Assembly (NCBI GenBank): GCA_945903885.1
Contig: CAMDPB010000001.1
Coordinates: 1-26,227 of the forward strand
Source: Candidatus Finniella inopinata
Lineage (GTDB): Bacteria > Pseudomonadota > Alphaproteobacteria > Paracaedibacterales > CAITNM01
Direction of reading: 5' to 3'
Length of the DNA stretch: 26,227 nucleotides
Shown: one piece after another, positions 24,495-26,227 of the stretch
Layout: every line of letters starts with the position of its first letter
How positions within the stretch are numbered: position 1 is the stretch's first letter
Notes under the pieces: generated by a model
What the model was told of the DNA's origin: nothing
The model's input: only the letters and a program-made list of their open reading frames with translations
Databases searched by the model: none
Position numbers and translations under genes: made by a program

Positions 24495-26214
24495 TACTAA
24501 TGGATGTTAGCTGCATCAGCTCCCCCATTTGTTGTGCTTCTGCTTCATTGAAGTCAGATTTAACTCCAAGTAAAGGAGCTATGCGCTCAATTATATTTCC
24601 GGCTGTTGGAGTGACATTCCACCCAGCAGTTGCATATCCATAAGTTCCTTGTGCTGGTTTTGGATCGTCTAACATAACAATCATTATGTATTTAGGATCA
24701 TTTGCCGGGAATCCTCCAATAAAGGAAGTCGTGCGGTGACGATCTGCATCTGACCCGTATCCACCAAATTTTCCTTTATTTTGATAAGCTGTGCCTGTCT
24801 TAGCAAACACTTGATAACCATCAATATTTGCTTTTTTTGCAGTTCCTTCACATACAATCGTACGCATCATTTGACGAATTGCTTTCGATGTTTTTTCACT
24901 AACGCATGGATTTTTTGAAAATGACTGTGTTCTTTCGTGACGATTTGCAGCCGGAACAAATCTTAGTGTCGGTGTTGGTCTGCAACCGTTATTAACAATT
25001 CCTGCCATTGCACACAGAGAATGTAGCGGAGTTACTGCAATACCATACCCAAAAGAAACTGACATCATTGCTGTTTCACGCCAATCTTTAGGTGTTAAAG
25101 ATTTTCCAAGCTCAGGAATTTCTAAACTTAGTGGGGTTAATACTCCAAACTGCCCCATAAAATGCTTTTGCACTTGTGGTCCAAATTTTTGAGCAATCTT
25201 GATTGCAGCAATATTTGATGAATGAACTAGAGCTTCTACAAGCGTAATCTCACGATTTTGCCCCTTAAAGTCAGTAATTTTGAAACGCCCGATGCTGACT
25301 GGATTTCTAGCATCAAAGATTGAACTTAGAGTAGAGGTTCCTGTTTCAAGGGCTATAGCAGCATTAAGAATTTTAAACGTTGATCCTTGTTCGTACACTC
25401 CTAATGTATTGCGATTGAATCCACATTCAATATTTTTCATTTGACGATTAGGGTCATAATCAGGAAGAGAAACCATAGCGATAATCTCCCCAGTTTTCAC
25501 GTCCATAACTATAGCATTTGCTGCAACTGCTTTGAATTGCTCTATAGCAGAAACTAATTCATTATGAACTGCGTGTTGCACACGAAGATCCAAAGATAAT
25601 TTTAAATCGCCTTCTTTTGTAGTCAACATGACATCAAAAGATTGTTCAATGCCACTCACGCCATAACCATCAATATCGCAGCGCCCAATTACGTGACAGG
25701 CTAAAGTGCCATGAGGATAAACACGTTTTTGATCGGGCTGTAAGTATATTCCAGGAATCCCGAGAGAATGCACAGCTTCTTGCATTTTAGGAGATGCATG
25801 CCGCTCAATCCAAACAAATCCCTGGTTAGATTGCAGTTTTTGCAGCACATTTTCATATCTTAAATGAGGAAAAAGTTTACACAGTTTATTAGCGGCTTCT
25901 TTAGCATCAATAATTACTTTTGGATTAGCATATACAGACGCTGTAACTAGCTGAGTAGCTAAAATTATCCCGTTTCTATCAACAAGGTTTTGGCGAAGTT
26001 GACATTCTTGTTGTTGGCAGCCTGTGATGCAAGTAGGGGTTCTAATAACCATCACATCCACTAATCGTAGGGTGATTGCTAGAAAAGCTACACAGGCTAT
26101 TGCGGTAGCGCTAAGTGTGCGTTGACGTGCGGTGTGCAATAGTTCTTGATGCTGAGAAAATCTCCAGCCACTGAGATGTCGCCACAAGCTTTTCATCATG
26201 ACCTTAGGCTGCAT
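24475..26214 (-). CDS. ftsI: Septal peptidoglycan transpeptidase PBP3
   Basis: TM anchor, DRNG, RVYP, SxxK (GSTFK), SxN (SSN), KTGT; AGAGG RBS before ATG 26214; coupled to murE. Confidence 0.93.
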   Translation of the reverse strand: MQPKVMMKSLWRHLSGWRFSQHQELLHTARQRTLSATAIACVAFLAITLRLVDVMVIRTPTCITGCQQQECQLRQNLVDRNGIILATQLVTASVYANPKVIIDAKEAANKLCKLFPHLRYENVLQKLQSNQGFVWIERHASPKMQEAVHSLGIPGIYLQPDQKRVYPHGTLACHVIGRCDIDGYGVSGIEQSFDVMLTTKEGDLKLSLDLRVQHAVHNELVSAIEQFKAVAANAIVMDVKTGEIIAMVSLPDYDPNRQMKNIECGFNRNTLGVYEQGSTFKILNAAIALETGTSTLSSIFDARNPVSIGRFKITDFKGQNREITLVEALVHSSNIAAIKIAQKFGPQVQKHFMGQFGVLTPLSLEIPELGKSLTPKDWRETAMMSVSFGYGIAVTPLHSLCAMAGIVNNGCRPTPTLRFVPAANRHERTQSFSKNPCVSEKTSKAIRQMMRTIVCEGTAKKANIDGYQVFAKTGTAYQNKGKFGGYGSDADRHRTTSFIGGFPANDPKYIMIVMLDDPKPAQGTYGYATAGWNVTPTAGNIIERIAPLLGVKSDFNEAEAQQMGELMQLTSISNEAGEQ

Positions 26215-26227
26215 GATGAACCTCTTG

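Overview
26.2 kb of an AT-rich alphaproteobacterial chromosome. The gene content and the many orphan proteins with signal peptides suggest a host-associated Holosporales/Rickettsiales-like organism (inference). Housekeeping blocks: pyk-miaA-mutY (+); a cobalamin-riboswitch-led TonB-dependent receptor-tonB-lptA-lptB run (-); rhodanese, CYTH and HI0933 flavoprotein genes (-); gpmI-envC-like-ctpA (+); ftsI-murE-DUF4139-hda-priA (-). Accessory parts: (1) the first 2 kb, with a secreted beta-strand-rich orphan, a DUF4160/DUF2442 toxin-antitoxin-like pair bracketed by a perfect 38-bp direct repeat (a covarying third copy lies at the window start), and a 152-nt element that folds into a perfect four-way junction; (2) a secreted 452-aa protein with a C-terminal SGHYxP domain; (3) a tandem pair of PvcA/Dit1-family isonitrile-synthase-like genes that both carry N-terminal signal peptides and have no adjacent PvcB-type oxygenase. 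Item 3 is the best candidate for an undescribed system. All family calls come from motif recognition by eye; no database searches were run.
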